Positions 9,936 to 19,631 of a stretch of 64,000 nucleotides of DNA are shown here, in pieces. A model generated the notes under the pieces. That model searched no databases. It was not told where the DNA came from and saw only the letters and a list, made by a program, of their open reading frames with translations. Made by a program: the position numbers and the translations under genes. Source of the stretch: a virus (lineage: Duplodnaviria > Heunggongvirae > Uroviricota > Caudoviricetes); the IMG/VR virus record IMGVR_UViG_3300012979_000001, positions 99,375 to 163,374 of that record. The stretch is one strand, 5' to 3'. Positions within the stretch are counted from its first letter, which is position 1; every line of letters begins with the position of its first letter.

Positions 9936-9987
9936 GCCACTTTTATATTTAAGGTATAAACTTATATTACCCCAATATAAAAGTGAC
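9936..9987. repeat. Inverted repeat (14 bp arms, one mismatch) in the endolysin leader
   Basis: GCCACTTTTATATT (9936-9949) and AATATAAAAGTGAC (9974-9987). Confidence 0.6.
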
Positions 9988-10015
9988 TCAAAATTAATCC
10001 TTATAAGTCTGACGA

Positions 10016-10168
10016 CTATTCTTCAAAGTCTTCTGGAGCACCTTCTACATCTTCGTCACTACATCCTAATAAGTCTGGGTCTCCATCTGCAAAACTTTCA
10101 TCTTCTATTGCCATTTCTGCTAAAGTTTCTAAATCTAAATCTTCAATTACGATTTCTTTTTCTTCCAT
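10016..10168 (-). CDS. Very acidic 50 aa peptide absent from the ORF track
   Basis: MEEKEIVIEDLDLETLAEMAIEDESFADGDPDLLGCSDEDVEGAPEDFEE; AAAGGAG RBS; fills the gap between holin and lysin. Confidence 0.7.
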   Translation of the reverse strand: MEEKEIVIEDLDLETLAEMAIEDESFADGDPDLLGCSDEDVEGAPEDFEE

Positions 10169-10190
10169 ACCAAGAACTCCTTTCTATAAA

Positions 10191-10598
10191 TTATCCTTGA
10201 ATCTCTTCTGGTTTTTCTTCTTCAATTACAACTTCTTCTACAACCTCTTCTGGTTTTACTTCTTCTACTTTTGGTTCTTCAATTTGTTCTGGTTGTGTAG
10301 GTTGAGTTGTGTTTAATTTTAAAGCTGATTCAATTTGGTCAAACACTCCTTGAATAAATGATTCAAGTAAAGCATCTGGAACAAAAGCTAATAATGGAAC
10401 TAATTGTTGTATATAATCTATTGCTGCTTGCATTTTAACTTTTCCTTCTTCTGTTGCCATTTGTTTTTGAGCGTAAACAATAGCATCTATTGCTGCTTGT
10501 CTAAGTCCTTTTTTTTTGATTAGGAATACTGCGATTCCTACCATTACTACCACAAATACTAATAGTGGTAACCAGTTTGCTGCTAACCATTCTAGCAT
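10191..10598 (-). CDS. Holin (one N-terminal TM helix, LL-H-like, acidic tail)
   Basis: WLPLLVFVVVMVGIAVFLIKKK; AAIDAIVYAQK...GKVKMQAAI; upstream of the endolysin. AAGGAG spacing favours ATG 10598. Confidence 0.75.
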   Translation of the reverse strand: MLEWLAANWLPLLVFVVVMVGIAVFLIKKKGLRQAAIDAIVYAQKQMATEEGKVKMQAAIDYIQQLVPLLAFVPDALLESFIQGVFDQIESALKLNTTQPTQPEQIEEPKVEEVKPEEVVEEVVIEEEKPEEIQG

Positions 10599-10624
10599 AC
10601 ATACCATCTCCTTTATTTAAAATT

Positions 10625-11359
10625 TTATAATTGAATAGTTTTGTTTCCTTTAATTTCTATAGTAAAAGAGTTACAACTTCCATAATTTTTAGAATAATCT
10701 GCTCCTCCTGCACTACCCTCTCCATTAAATAAACAAATACTATTTACCGAACTGTCACTTAAAAATGTTTGAATAAATTTACATAAGTCGCTATTTTGGT
10801 CTGAAGATTCTAATACTGTATTTTGTCCAATTGGATTCCAACTAAATACAAATTCTGCACCATTTAATACAACATCACTATATCTCATTCCTCTATATAC
10901 GCCATTTTTAAAACTACTGATTAAATTAGATTGTCTTAGCTTTCCTGTAATTGTACTTCCAGAATATCCTCCTCTTGTTCTATTAATAACAATTTTGACA
11001 TAAGTTACAGTAAAACCTAAGATTTTTCCTCCGCCTATATTTATTTTACACCCATCTGCTGGGAAAAAATGTCCCACAGCGTGGCAAGAGGCACCTTCAG
11101 AACCTTTATAATATCCTTGATATGCCTTATCTGTTCTCCAAGTTCCTTTTTCTGAATTCAAATTATATCCACTACGACAAGTATGACATAAATATCCTCC
11201 AGTTGGAGTAGATGCAGTAAATGATTCAACTACTTGTCTAGGATAAATTTTTCCAGAAGAATTATGAATTTCAACATTTTCGTTTACTCCATTCCTTCTT
11301 CTTATTGCAGTTCCACTATTCTGAATTCCATCAGAACGATAATAAGCTCCTGTTGCCAT
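10625..11359 (-). CDS. Hypothetical virion or tail-associated protein
   Basis: Gly/Ser/Tyr-rich ORF with RBS in the late operon. Confidence 0.5.
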   Translation of the reverse strand: MATGAYYRSDGIQNSGTAIRRRNGVNENVEIHNSSGKIYPRQVVESFTASTPTGGYLCHTCRSGYNLNSEKGTWRTDKAYQGYYKGSEGASCHAVGHFFPADGCKINIGGGKILGFTVTYVKIVINRTRGGYSGSTITGKLRQSNLISSFKNGVYRGMRYSDVVLNGAEFVFSWNPIGQNTVLESSDQNSDLCKFIQTFLSDSSVNSICLFNGEGSAGGADYSKNYGSCNSFTIEIKGNKTIQL

Positions 11360-11373
11360 AACTTATCCCTCCT

Positions 11374-12234
11374 TTATTGAACTGTAACAATTACCGCATC
11401 TCCTCCACCTAAAGAAGGAACTGCTCCTTGTACCCATAATGTATGTTTAATATTTTGGTCATACGCCATCTTTATATAATTTTTGTTAGTTCTTAATTCA
11501 CCTTCTGTTGTAGTAATTGAACCTTTTGCAGTTAAACTTCCTTCATTAATAGAAATACTTCCACCCTTACAAGTAATTCCACTTGCACATTCTATAGCTC
11601 CAGTTACAACTAATTTGTCTACAGTTAATGTACCAGTAACTGTTGCTCCACTTTTTATAGTAGCTCCTCCATTAAGAGTTGTTGCACCTGTAACACTTAA
11701 CGTTTTTGATAAAGTTGCATTATCTGTCGCCTTAAATGTGGTTGTTTCTAAACCTCCATTAGCAGTTAATTTTCCTGCAACAGATAATGTAGAATTTGCA
11801 GTAACAGCTCCAGAAAAAGTACTTGTTGTTCCTACAGTTAGTGTTTGAGTAAGTTCTAGTTTTTTGAATTTATACCCAAACTCTGATGAATCATCCATAT
11901 CTTTTCTTAATCTATTGGCAATTTTATTTTGCACTTCTACTATTTGCTCATTATATGTATTTTTATCTAATTTATCTTTGTCCAATTGTGCTATTAAATT
12001 TTTATGGTCAATTAAAGTTTCATATATAGAATTGTCATAAATTGCTTGGTCTTCTTTTGATAAACCACTATCAGGCATTTCTCCAAGTCTTTTAATAATT
12101 GCATTAATTGTATCTCTATTTAACTTTATATTATTTTCTATATGAAGTAAATTGATTTGGTCAATAGATGGAGGGTTATAATTATGCCAGTTTACAATTT
12201 CATAGCCTTCTATTTCTTTAAATTTTGTAGCCAT
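11374..12234 (-). CDS. Tail-associated protein with short beta-repeat (fibre/spike-like) C-terminal half
   Basis: Repeats such as TLSVAGKLTANGG and TLSVTGATTLNGG; N-terminal NWHNYNPPSIDQINLLHIE. Confidence 0.55.
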   Translation of the reverse strand: MATKFKEIEGYEIVNWHNYNPPSIDQINLLHIENNIKLNRDTINAIIKRLGEMPDSGLSKEDQAIYDNSIYETLIDHKNLIAQLDKDKLDKNTYNEQIVEVQNKIANRLRKDMDDSSEFGYKFKKLELTQTLTVGTTSTFSGAVTANSTLSVAGKLTANGGLETTTFKATDNATLSKTLSVTGATTLNGGATIKSGATVTGTLTVDKLVVTGAIECASGITCKGGSISINEGSLTAKGSITTTEGELRTNKNYIKMAYDQNIKHTLWVQGAVPSLGGGDAVIVTVQ

Positions 12235-12236
12235 TT

Positions 12237-12626
12237 TTATACCCCTTTCTTAATACTTTTAAATAGTATAAAAGCATTTGTTAATTTATTGTCTATAATT
12301 CCTACTACTACATAATCACCAACATTATATGTGTCAGTTTTAACTGCATCTAAATTGTCTAATGTTAATAAATCAACTTCTTTGTTAAATGTTGTTTGGT
12401 CAATACTGCCAGAATTTAAAGAGGTCTTTAAATCTAAATACAAACCATAATCTCCAGCAAGTACAACATCATATAATGTTGTTCCAGAAACAGTTGCTTT
12501 ATTTACAATTACAGCAATTTTTGTTCTTAAACAATCTCTTGTTTTTTCTGGAATTCTTTTATCTATCCAATCTCGCATAGACTTTAAAAACTTCTTTGCA
12601 AGACCATCCATTTGTATGTCTTTCAT
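12237..12626 (-). CDS. Hypothetical tail/baseplate protein
   Basis: Operon context; start position uncertain. Confidence 0.55.
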   Translation of the reverse strand: MKDIQMDGLAKKFLKSMRDWIDKRIPEKTRDCLRTKIAVIVNKATVSGTTLYDVVLAGDYGLYLDLKTSLNSGSIDQTTFNKEVDLLTLDNLDAVKTDTYNVGDYVVVGIIDNKLTNAFILFKSIKKGV

Positions 12627-12635
12627 ATTTACCTC

Positions 12636-13829
12636 CTAAAATTCTAATTCATTTACAGATGTTGCAGAAATTGTCATCTGTCCTAATCCTAATGGAATAG
12701 ATAAACTATTTATCAAGAATTTCTCTTGTTTTAAGTTTTCTTTTTCATTAGTAATTGTAATTAATTTATTAACATCTAAATGATATAATGGTATTGTTGT
12801 TAAACTAATAGATTTTTGCAATATTGTATTTTGTCTTAACAAATAATTTGCCCAATCTTCACATAAACCATCTGTATAGTAATTAGTATCTTCATATACT
12901 TTTGTTTTTTTCCCAATTCTTTGTACACATAAATCACTTTTTATATTTGTATTTGTTGCTCTACCTTTTGCTAAATATCCATTTGTTGTAGCACCAACAC
13001 ATAATATATCATTATATACACTACTGAATTGAAACTCTTGGCTTTTTCCTAATATCTCACTATTATTTTGGTCAAAGTGATATAGGATTTCTTTATTTTT
13101 GTCCAACAAATCTTCCTCATTAGGTTCTATATTTAATCTTCCAACATTATCATAATAAACTACTCCAGCGAGCATTGTATTAAATTGTAATAATACATCC
13201 GCATATGTTTGTCCTTTATCTATTGTTGCAGTAAATGGAGTATTTAAAACAGATACCTCTTTCCCATCAGACAACTTGGTTTTCTTTGAATTAAAAAAGC
13301 TACTTATGTTTGGTTTAACAGAATCTATTGGCACTCCATTTCCTCTATCTGTTAATAATAAATCTTTTACTGCATCAAAAATATTAGCATTTACAGGAAC
13401 TTTATATATTCCATCTAGGTTACCAAATAAAGTGCCATCTAAATATGCCCATTTGTCTGTACAATTAATTTGAATACAATTTTCTGCCGTATTCATTATA
13501 TCTGTTGGATTGGTCAAATAGAAAACTCCTTGCTGTATTAAGTAAGGAGTTCCATCTATATATAATCCTAAATGTAATTTGACTTTTTGACCTAGCCATA
13601 CTTTATTAACATCTATATCATACTTTCCATCTACATTATGTATTTGTAAATTGAATGTTCTTCTACATCCACTCTGATTTGTTACATTTAATGTCCCATT
13701 AGTATTATATAAATCTGTTGTTATTTCGTAAGCTATTGTATCATCAGGATTTAACCATTCTAATTTCAAACAAGGAATTAATGTTGGTTTCTTTAAAGCT
13801 TCTAAATAATCATAAAATGCTAAAGCCAT
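12636..13829 (-). CDS. Putative tail hub / minor tail protein
   Basis: Size and layout (CRRTFNLQI, GQKVKLHLG, QQGVFY, YYDNVGRL, VYNDILCVG, SLSIPLG) resemble Firmicutes siphophage hub proteins; inferred, not searched. Confidence 0.55.
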   Translation of the reverse strand: MALAFYDYLEALKKPTLIPCLKLEWLNPDDTIAYEITTDLYNTNGTLNVTNQSGCRRTFNLQIHNVDGKYDIDVNKVWLGQKVKLHLGLYIDGTPYLIQQGVFYLTNPTDIMNTAENCIQINCTDKWAYLDGTLFGNLDGIYKVPVNANIFDAVKDLLLTDRGNGVPIDSVKPNISSFFNSKKTKLSDGKEVSVLNTPFTATIDKGQTYADVLLQFNTMLAGVVYYDNVGRLNIEPNEEDLLDKNKEILYHFDQNNSEILGKSQEFQFSSVYNDILCVGATTNGYLAKGRATNTNIKSDLCVQRIGKKTKVYEDTNYYTDGLCEDWANYLLRQNTILQKSISLTTIPLYHLDVNKLITITNEKENLKQEKFLINSLSIPLGLGQMTISATSVNELEF

Positions 13830-13842
13830 ATTAATTCCTCCT

Positions 13843-14865
13843 TTATGTTAATAACATTTCCCATCCGATTTGACTTGCTATATCTGTCATAGATTCAGTT
13901 AACTCATCTAACATTTCTGCGTGTGTTGCTTGTGTAGTTGTTAAATTTTCAATAACAACATCTTGTCTATCAATTCTGTTATCTAAACCAGAAATGTCTG
14001 TATTTGCTTGCAATAAACCTTCTTGTAAGTCTACTATATTTCCTTCATTAGTAGTTACTCTTTTAATCGTATTTTCTAATGTTGTATTTGTTACTGCCAA
14101 ATCATCTTGTGTTGCATAATAACTTGGAAGTTGTCCCCCAAGCTTTTGGCTATCATCAGCCATATCAGCATCTAAAGCGTGGTCTGCTTCATTTGCGTGT
14201 TGAGCTTTTGGAACAACTGTTGTTCCATCCATTATATTATCTAATCTTGATTTATTATCTAATGTTTTTTGATTTATTTCATTTAAAGCTCCAGTAACTG
14301 TAGTTGCTATAATATCACTATTATTTAAAAAGATGCCTCTATCTCCTACAAATTCATCAAGAGATGTTAAATCCGCAATTATCTTTTCAATAATTTTTTG
14401 TGTACTGTAGCTGTCATTATATTTAATATTTGCAGCAGTTAAAAACACCGAATCTTTTGCTGCTTTTGAATGTGCAACGCCATCTTGGTCAGTATAATCT
14501 CTATTATAAAAAGTAATTGTATATGGATTTGATTTTCCATTTATATCAATACCAATTTGTGCATCTGTAAAAGCAGTTTCACTATTTGCATTAACTTCTG
14601 CTCTAGCATATTCATCTTTTGCTCTGATTAAATACTGTTTCCAATTTCTTTCTACTTCAGACCATCTGTAAACATACTCTTGCTCTTTATCAAAGACTAA
14701 TTTGAAATGTGTTTTATAGTCATCTGTTAAATTTTGTCTTTCTATTGAAGTTAAAGAGATAAAGTTATTTGGAATGTATTTTGCAACATTAGCAAAATTT
14801 TGAGTTAAAATTTCTCTAATATTCCTAGCTCTATCGCCATTATAAAAGTTTTCAATAATAGCCAT
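13843..14865 (-). CDS. Coiled-coil fibre-like structural protein
   Basis: ATTVTGALNEI, AxxA..KLGGQLPSYYA (also in the 62119 protein) and heptad repeats. Confidence 0.55.
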   Translation of the reverse strand: MAIIENFYNGDRARNIREILTQNFANVAKYIPNNFISLTSIERQNLTDDYKTHFKLVFDKEQEYVYRWSEVERNWKQYLIRAKDEYARAEVNANSETAFTDAQIGIDINGKSNPYTITFYNRDYTDQDGVAHSKAAKDSVFLTAANIKYNDSYSTQKIIEKIIADLTSLDEFVGDRGIFLNNSDIIATTVTGALNEINQKTLDNKSRLDNIMDGTTVVPKAQHANEADHALDADMADDSQKLGGQLPSYYATQDDLAVTNTTLENTIKRVTTNEGNIVDLQEGLLQANTDISGLDNRIDRQDVVIENLTTTQATHAEMLDELTESMTDIASQIGWEMLLT

Positions 14866-14894
14866 TGCAATACCACTCCTTTCTTTTTAATATA

Positions 14895-15146
14895 TTATTG
14901 ATTTTCTCCCTCAATTTCTAAAGCTGTTTCTAATGCCTCATTCATTTCACTAACTGTTAGCCCTATATTATAAGACATTAATTCTTCAACTCTCGCATCT
15001 ACTTCTGCTTCAGTTTTGTATTCTTCTTTAAAAATCTTGTTGTTTGTTAATGTATATTTAATTCCCATTGTTCCTTCTTTGTCAACAGAAATAAATGCCA
15101 CATTATATAGATTTATGATTTCTCCATTTTGTATTCTTATTAGCAT
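14895..15146 (-). CDS. Small hypothetical protein
   Basis: RBS and operon packing. Confidence 0.6.
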   Translation of the reverse strand: MLIRIQNGEIINLYNVAFISVDKEGTMGIKYTLTNNKIFKEEYKTEAEVDARVEELMSYNIGLTVSEMNEALETALEIEGENQ

Positions 15147-15175
15147 TTTTACACCCTACTTTCTTCTTTAAATTT

Positions 15176-17971
15176 TTATATTAATGTAAGATTGTGAACT
15201 ACGACATTCCATCCTTTATCTTGCAATGATAAAATATCTGCTTCTGTTATCTTTTCATATTGTTGATTTGACATTCTAATTAACTGAGGTTTATTTAATG
15301 TTTCACCTTCTGGAATGTTAAATACACTATATAAATTTGCAACATTAGTCATAATGTTTTGTAAACTTTGATATGATAAATTTGGGGCTGCTACTATGTC
15401 TAAATCTCCTCTAGCATTATTAGCAGTTCCAATAGTTCTCCAGAAATAATTTCCATAGTTTATAAATCCTCCAAAGTTAACAAGATTATATAGTGGCTGA
15501 ATGGTTCCAGCTAATACGTCATTGTAATAGCCAAATGGAGTAAATATGTTGTTACCACTAAAATCCCAACAGAAAGAGAATGATTGTAAATCCGTTAAAT
15601 TTGTACAATTTACAAAGATATTAGTCATAGCATAAGTTCTAGTTACTCTTTCTTGACACATAGTCAATCCAGATACCGATTTCAAACTTTTACAATCTCT
15701 AAACATATTGTCATAAATATTTATTCCATATATTGACACATTATTAAAGTTTGTTAAATTGCAACAATTCTTAAACATATTAGATGCCCAATATGTCCCA
15801 CCTATACTAATATCAAAAAAATTTTCTAAACTAGTACAATTTTCAAACATACCAACTGCATTACTTATATTGCTAATTTGCATATTTGACACATCTTTAA
15901 GATTAGCACAATTTGCAAACATATAATTTGTACCACAAAAATAATTCCAACTTGAATTTAAAACTATATTTTGTAATGACGTTAAACTATTACATCCATA
16001 AAATAAATTTGGTGTACTTATTCTATGTCCTATATTAATATTTACAGTTTGTAAATTCTCACATTGAGCAAATGTATTATATAATGTTCCTCCATTTAAA
16101 GTAACATTAGCAGATACAAAGTTTGGACAATTTTTAAATATATCTCCTACTGTTCCACTTGTTACAAATATATTTGCTGTAGTAAAATTTGTACAACCCG
16201 TAAACATACCATAAATTCCACCAGTATTATTTTGTGTTACATTTATGTTGGCAGATGTGATATTGGTACAATTTAAAAATGTACTAGAAATACTACCATT
16301 ATTACAATATGCCCTTACATTTACAAATCCATTATTAAATTTTAGTTTATAACAATTTTCAAAAATATTATATACTCCATATCTTTGAGTTGTTAACGAA
16401 ACATTTCCATTTTCAAATGCATTTACTAAATTTACACAATTTTTAAACATATTATTTGACATATTTCCAATAGATATTTGACAATTTTCCAATGTTGTTA
16501 AATTAGTACAATTATAAAAAGTATTGTTCATTCTAGTTCCTGAAATTATATTTAAATTAGATATTTTTATTAAATTAGTACAATTATAGAACATATTATC
16601 TGTTTGACATTCGTATCTATAGTCATATGGTTGAATAGTCATATTAGAAAACTCTTTTAAATTAGTACAATTGTAACACATATCTGCAACATTAACAGAA
16701 TGGGCATTATTTACTTTTGCATTTCTAAAGTCAATATTTTCTAAACTATAACAATTTGCAAACATACCAGCATAGCTTTCACTATTACAATAAATTACAT
16801 TTGGAACTTGTTTCAAATTGTAACAATTTCTAAACATATTAGTAAATTCGTGAAGACGATTTCCAACACTAACTAAATTAATATATGAAATCGAATGACA
16901 TCCATCGAACATACTTGATGTATATTGTACAGAGTTAAAATTTAATTCTGGAGTATAAACTAAGTTATAACAATTTTTAAACATAGTAGAAGCTTGACCT
17001 ACTTTAGAAACGTCCATATCTGGTAATGATTTTAAAGACTCACATCCAGCAAACATATTACTTGTAACAGTAATTCCATCTAAATTCATACTTTCTATTG
17101 AAACAATACATTTTGCAGCTGTTAAATTACTTGTTACTCCCGCTGGTGCCTCAAATCTTGCATTATAATCTTCTGGATTACTGTCATAAGTTCCTTCTAT
17201 TCCTAAAATATTAGCTCCTGCTCTAATCATATCTGGAGCTAGACCTATAGCATCTGCTACTAATTCATTATCTGCTTTTACAGTAATTGTTGTATCTGTT
17301 GTAATAATTCCATTTTTATCTGATAACGCATCCATATATAATGTTGAAGAATCATCAGCAGGTACGTAAACTTGTGTTGCAGTACTTTCGGCTACACCTG
17401 AAATACTAGCAAGAGTACCTTCTACTTTCTCTCCATTAATATATGCTGTTTTTCCTTCCAAAATATCATCTGCAATAGCTGTAGCGTCTGATGTGTCTAA
17501 TCCCTTATACGTCCCTATCAAATCTAATATTTTTTCTCCAGACGCTATTTTATCTGCTGTTAATCCCAATGCATTTTTTAAACTAGTATATGATATTGCC
17601 ATTCCGTGATTATAATCCCATCTTAAAATTTTATCATAATTATAAAATCTCATATAAAAAGTCATATATCTATTTGTTGGGTCATCTGTTGGATATTTCA
17701 TTCCATCTCCCCATTGCGAGTAACTCATTAGGTTTCCATCTGTTGCATATTCTATTGCTTCTCCCGTAATTTTTTTACCATTAACATAAGCCGTTTTTCC
17801 TTTTGCCAAGTCTCTTGCAATCGCAGTAGCATCTGATGTATCTAATCCTTTTTCTCCTTCGTAATTTCCTGCAATGTCAAAAATGGTCACACCAGCTTTA
17901 ATATTTTCTGCAACAATTTTTTCTTCTTTTTCTTTCAAGATAGTCATTAATTTTTCTTTTAATTCAGACAC
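15176..17971 (-). CDS. DATAT-repeat adhesin/receptor-binding-like protein with BspA/DUF285-type LRR region
   Basis: N-terminal ENIKAGVTIFD, DTSDATAxAxDxxxGKTAYxNG repeats, many MFxxCxxL repeats, C-terminal KGW. Confidence 0.75.
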   Translation of the reverse strand: MSELKEKLMTILKEKEEKIVAENIKAGVTIFDIAGNYEGEKGLDTSDATAIARDLAKGKTAYVNGKKITGEAIEYATDGNLMSYSQWGDGMKYPTDDPTNRYMTFYMRFYNYDKILRWDYNHGMAISYTSLKNALGLTADKIASGEKILDLIGTYKGLDTSDATAIADDILEGKTAYINGEKVEGTLASISGVAESTATQVYVPADDSSTLYMDALSDKNGIITTDTTITVKADNELVADAIGLAPDMIRAGANILGIEGTYDSNPEDYNARFEAPAGVTSNLTAAKCIVSIESMNLDGITVTSNMFAGCESLKSLPDMDVSKVGQASTMFKNCYNLVYTPELNFNSVQYTSSMFDGCHSISYINLVSVGNRLHEFTNMFRNCYNLKQVPNVIYCNSESYAGMFANCYSLENIDFRNAKVNNAHSVNVADMCYNCTNLKEFSNMTIQPYDYRYECQTDNMFYNCTNLIKISNLNIISGTRMNNTFYNCTNLTTLENCQISIGNMSNNMFKNCVNLVNAFENGNVSLTTQRYGVYNIFENCYKLKFNNGFVNVRAYCNNGSISSTFLNCTNITSANINVTQNNTGGIYGMFTGCTNFTTANIFVTSGTVGDIFKNCPNFVSANVTLNGGTLYNTFAQCENLQTVNINIGHRISTPNLFYGCNSLTSLQNIVLNSSWNYFCGTNYMFANCANLKDVSNMQISNISNAVGMFENCTSLENFFDISIGGTYWASNMFKNCCNLTNFNNVSIYGINIYDNMFRDCKSLKSVSGLTMCQERVTRTYAMTNIFVNCTNLTDLQSFSFCWDFSGNNIFTPFGYYNDVLAGTIQPLYNLVNFGGFINYGNYFWRTIGTANNARGDLDIVAAPNLSYQSLQNIMTNVANLYSVFNIPEGETLNKPQLIRMSNQQYEKITEADILSLQDKGWNVVVHNLTLI

Positions 17972-17974
17972 TCA

Positions 17975-19615
17975 TCACACCTCCTCTACTACAGAACCAG
18001 CTATAAATGTACCAGTACCAGCATTAGTATATAAAGTTTTAGTTACTAAATCATACATTCCTAACGTTCCTATTGTTTTATGTCTTGCTGGAACAAAATC
18101 ACGAACTAAAATTCCACTTTCCCATATTTTACAACCATAAATTCTTATATAACTATTTCCTAAATAAGCAGGAGTTCCTACTTCTTGCTGACAGAATAAA
18201 AGCATTGGATAAGATGCTGTAATTGTACTAGCTGTTGAAGTTGCAGTAACTCTGCTTGTAAAGTTAGTACCTGAATAAGTAAATCCTCTAGCTGTATCAA
18301 AAGCTCCATTAGAGCCACCACAACGCCATCCGTTACCATTACTCACTCCAGATACAAATCCTGTCCATTGTCCAAATGCCCATTGTTCTCCTGTACGATT
18401 TTGAGTTATTTGGAAATCAACTTCTGCCGAAGTATTTCCTGCAATAGGACATATACCAGTATCAATATATTGCTCTCCTGACGATTCAATATATTCAAGA
18501 AATTCATATGGCATTAATGATTCTCCTGTTAAAATTTGAGTTGCCACATCTAAACAATCATCATATTCCAAAAATGATTCTATATCTGCTGTACCAGTTA
18601 TACCTAAATAACTTTTTCCACTAATAATATCATCCGCAGTTAATCCTATTGCCTTTGCTACTTCTGCGTTTGGAACCCTATTTATTAACACACCACCTTG
18701 TTTTAATTTATAGATAGGTGCTGATGAACCCAATGTTGTCTTTACGAAACAATCATCTCCACGTCCTTGATATGGTTGTCCTGCACCAAGTCCACCTTTA
18801 TTAATCATATTCTTTGTAGAAAAACGATACCAACTATTATTTGTACGATATTCAGAAGTTACTGATACTAATCCTCTATCTTCCCATTTGTCTGCTGTAA
18901 TTTCTTCTATCGTATGACCATCTCCAGAAAAAGCAATTCTATAATATTGAAAATTAGTTCTTGTACTTTCATCATTACTCCAACATCTAATTAAATCTCT
19001 TGATGAATCACGTCTTACATCAAACCAATTATCCATTGATGGTGCAATTAATAATTCAGCACAAAATGAATAAGATTCATAATAATAGCTTCTAGGCGCA
19101 ACTCTCAATACTATATTTTTTCCTGCTATATCAACAGGCAATTTTGATGTAGGGAACAATATTGTTTGACCAAATTCTCCTCCAGAAGAAGATTCATATA
19201 CAACAGGAATATATTCAGTTAAATTAATTACAGTTCCTGTTCCGCCTCCACCTTTTCCTGCAAATGGTAATGTCAATGGTTCTGCTGTAGCATCTAAAAG
19301 TGTTGTTGTTCCTACTATTCGTTCATTGTCTTTGGTATAAGCAATAACTCCTTTATCTAAATTGCTAGCAGTTGCTGTAGCATCTGATGTGTCGAAGGGA
19401 ACATAAGTTCCCTCCAACTTCTCTCCATCTTTTCCATAAGCACTTACTCCTTGTTTAATGTCCGAAGCAGTAGCTGTTATATCACTAAAGTCAGTCTCTA
19501 CTATAGTACCTTCAACTCCATAAATTGTTACACCTTTTTTTATGTTCTCTGGTAGGATTTTGGCATTTTTCTCTTCAACAATATTGTTTAATTGTATTCT
19601 TAATTCACTTGACAT
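17975..19615 (-). CDS. DATAT-repeat protein with C-terminal putative lectin-like beta-sandwich domain
   Basis: C-terminal LEYIESSGEQYIDTG...RDFVPA...GMYDLV...NAGTGTFIAG; paralog of 26337-27482. Confidence 0.65.
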   Translation of the reverse strand: MSSELRIQLNNIVEEKNAKILPENIKKGVTIYGVEGTIVETDFSDITATASDIKQGVSAYGKDGEKLEGTYVPFDTSDATATASNLDKGVIAYTKDNERIVGTTTLLDATAEPLTLPFAGKGGGGTGTVINLTEYIPVVYESSSGGEFGQTILFPTSKLPVDIAGKNIVLRVAPRSYYYESYSFCAELLIAPSMDNWFDVRRDSSRDLIRCWSNDESTRTNFQYYRIAFSGDGHTIEEITADKWEDRGLVSVTSEYRTNNSWYRFSTKNMINKGGLGAGQPYQGRGDDCFVKTTLGSSAPIYKLKQGGVLINRVPNAEVAKAIGLTADDIISGKSYLGITGTADIESFLEYDDCLDVATQILTGESLMPYEFLEYIESSGEQYIDTGICPIAGNTSAEVDFQITQNRTGEQWAFGQWTGFVSGVSNGNGWRCGGSNGAFDTARGFTYSGTNFTSRVTATSTASTITASYPMLLFCQQEVGTPAYLGNSYIRIYGCKIWESGILVRDFVPARHKTIGTLGMYDLVTKTLYTNAGTGTFIAGSVVEEV

Positions 19616-19631
19616 TTGCCATCACCCTTTC

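Noticed and set aside
10598-10607. Holin/antiholin dual start (M-V-C-M)
   Set aside because: The upstream ATG abuts the SD with unusable spacing, and the extension lacks the positive charge typical of dual-start antiholins.
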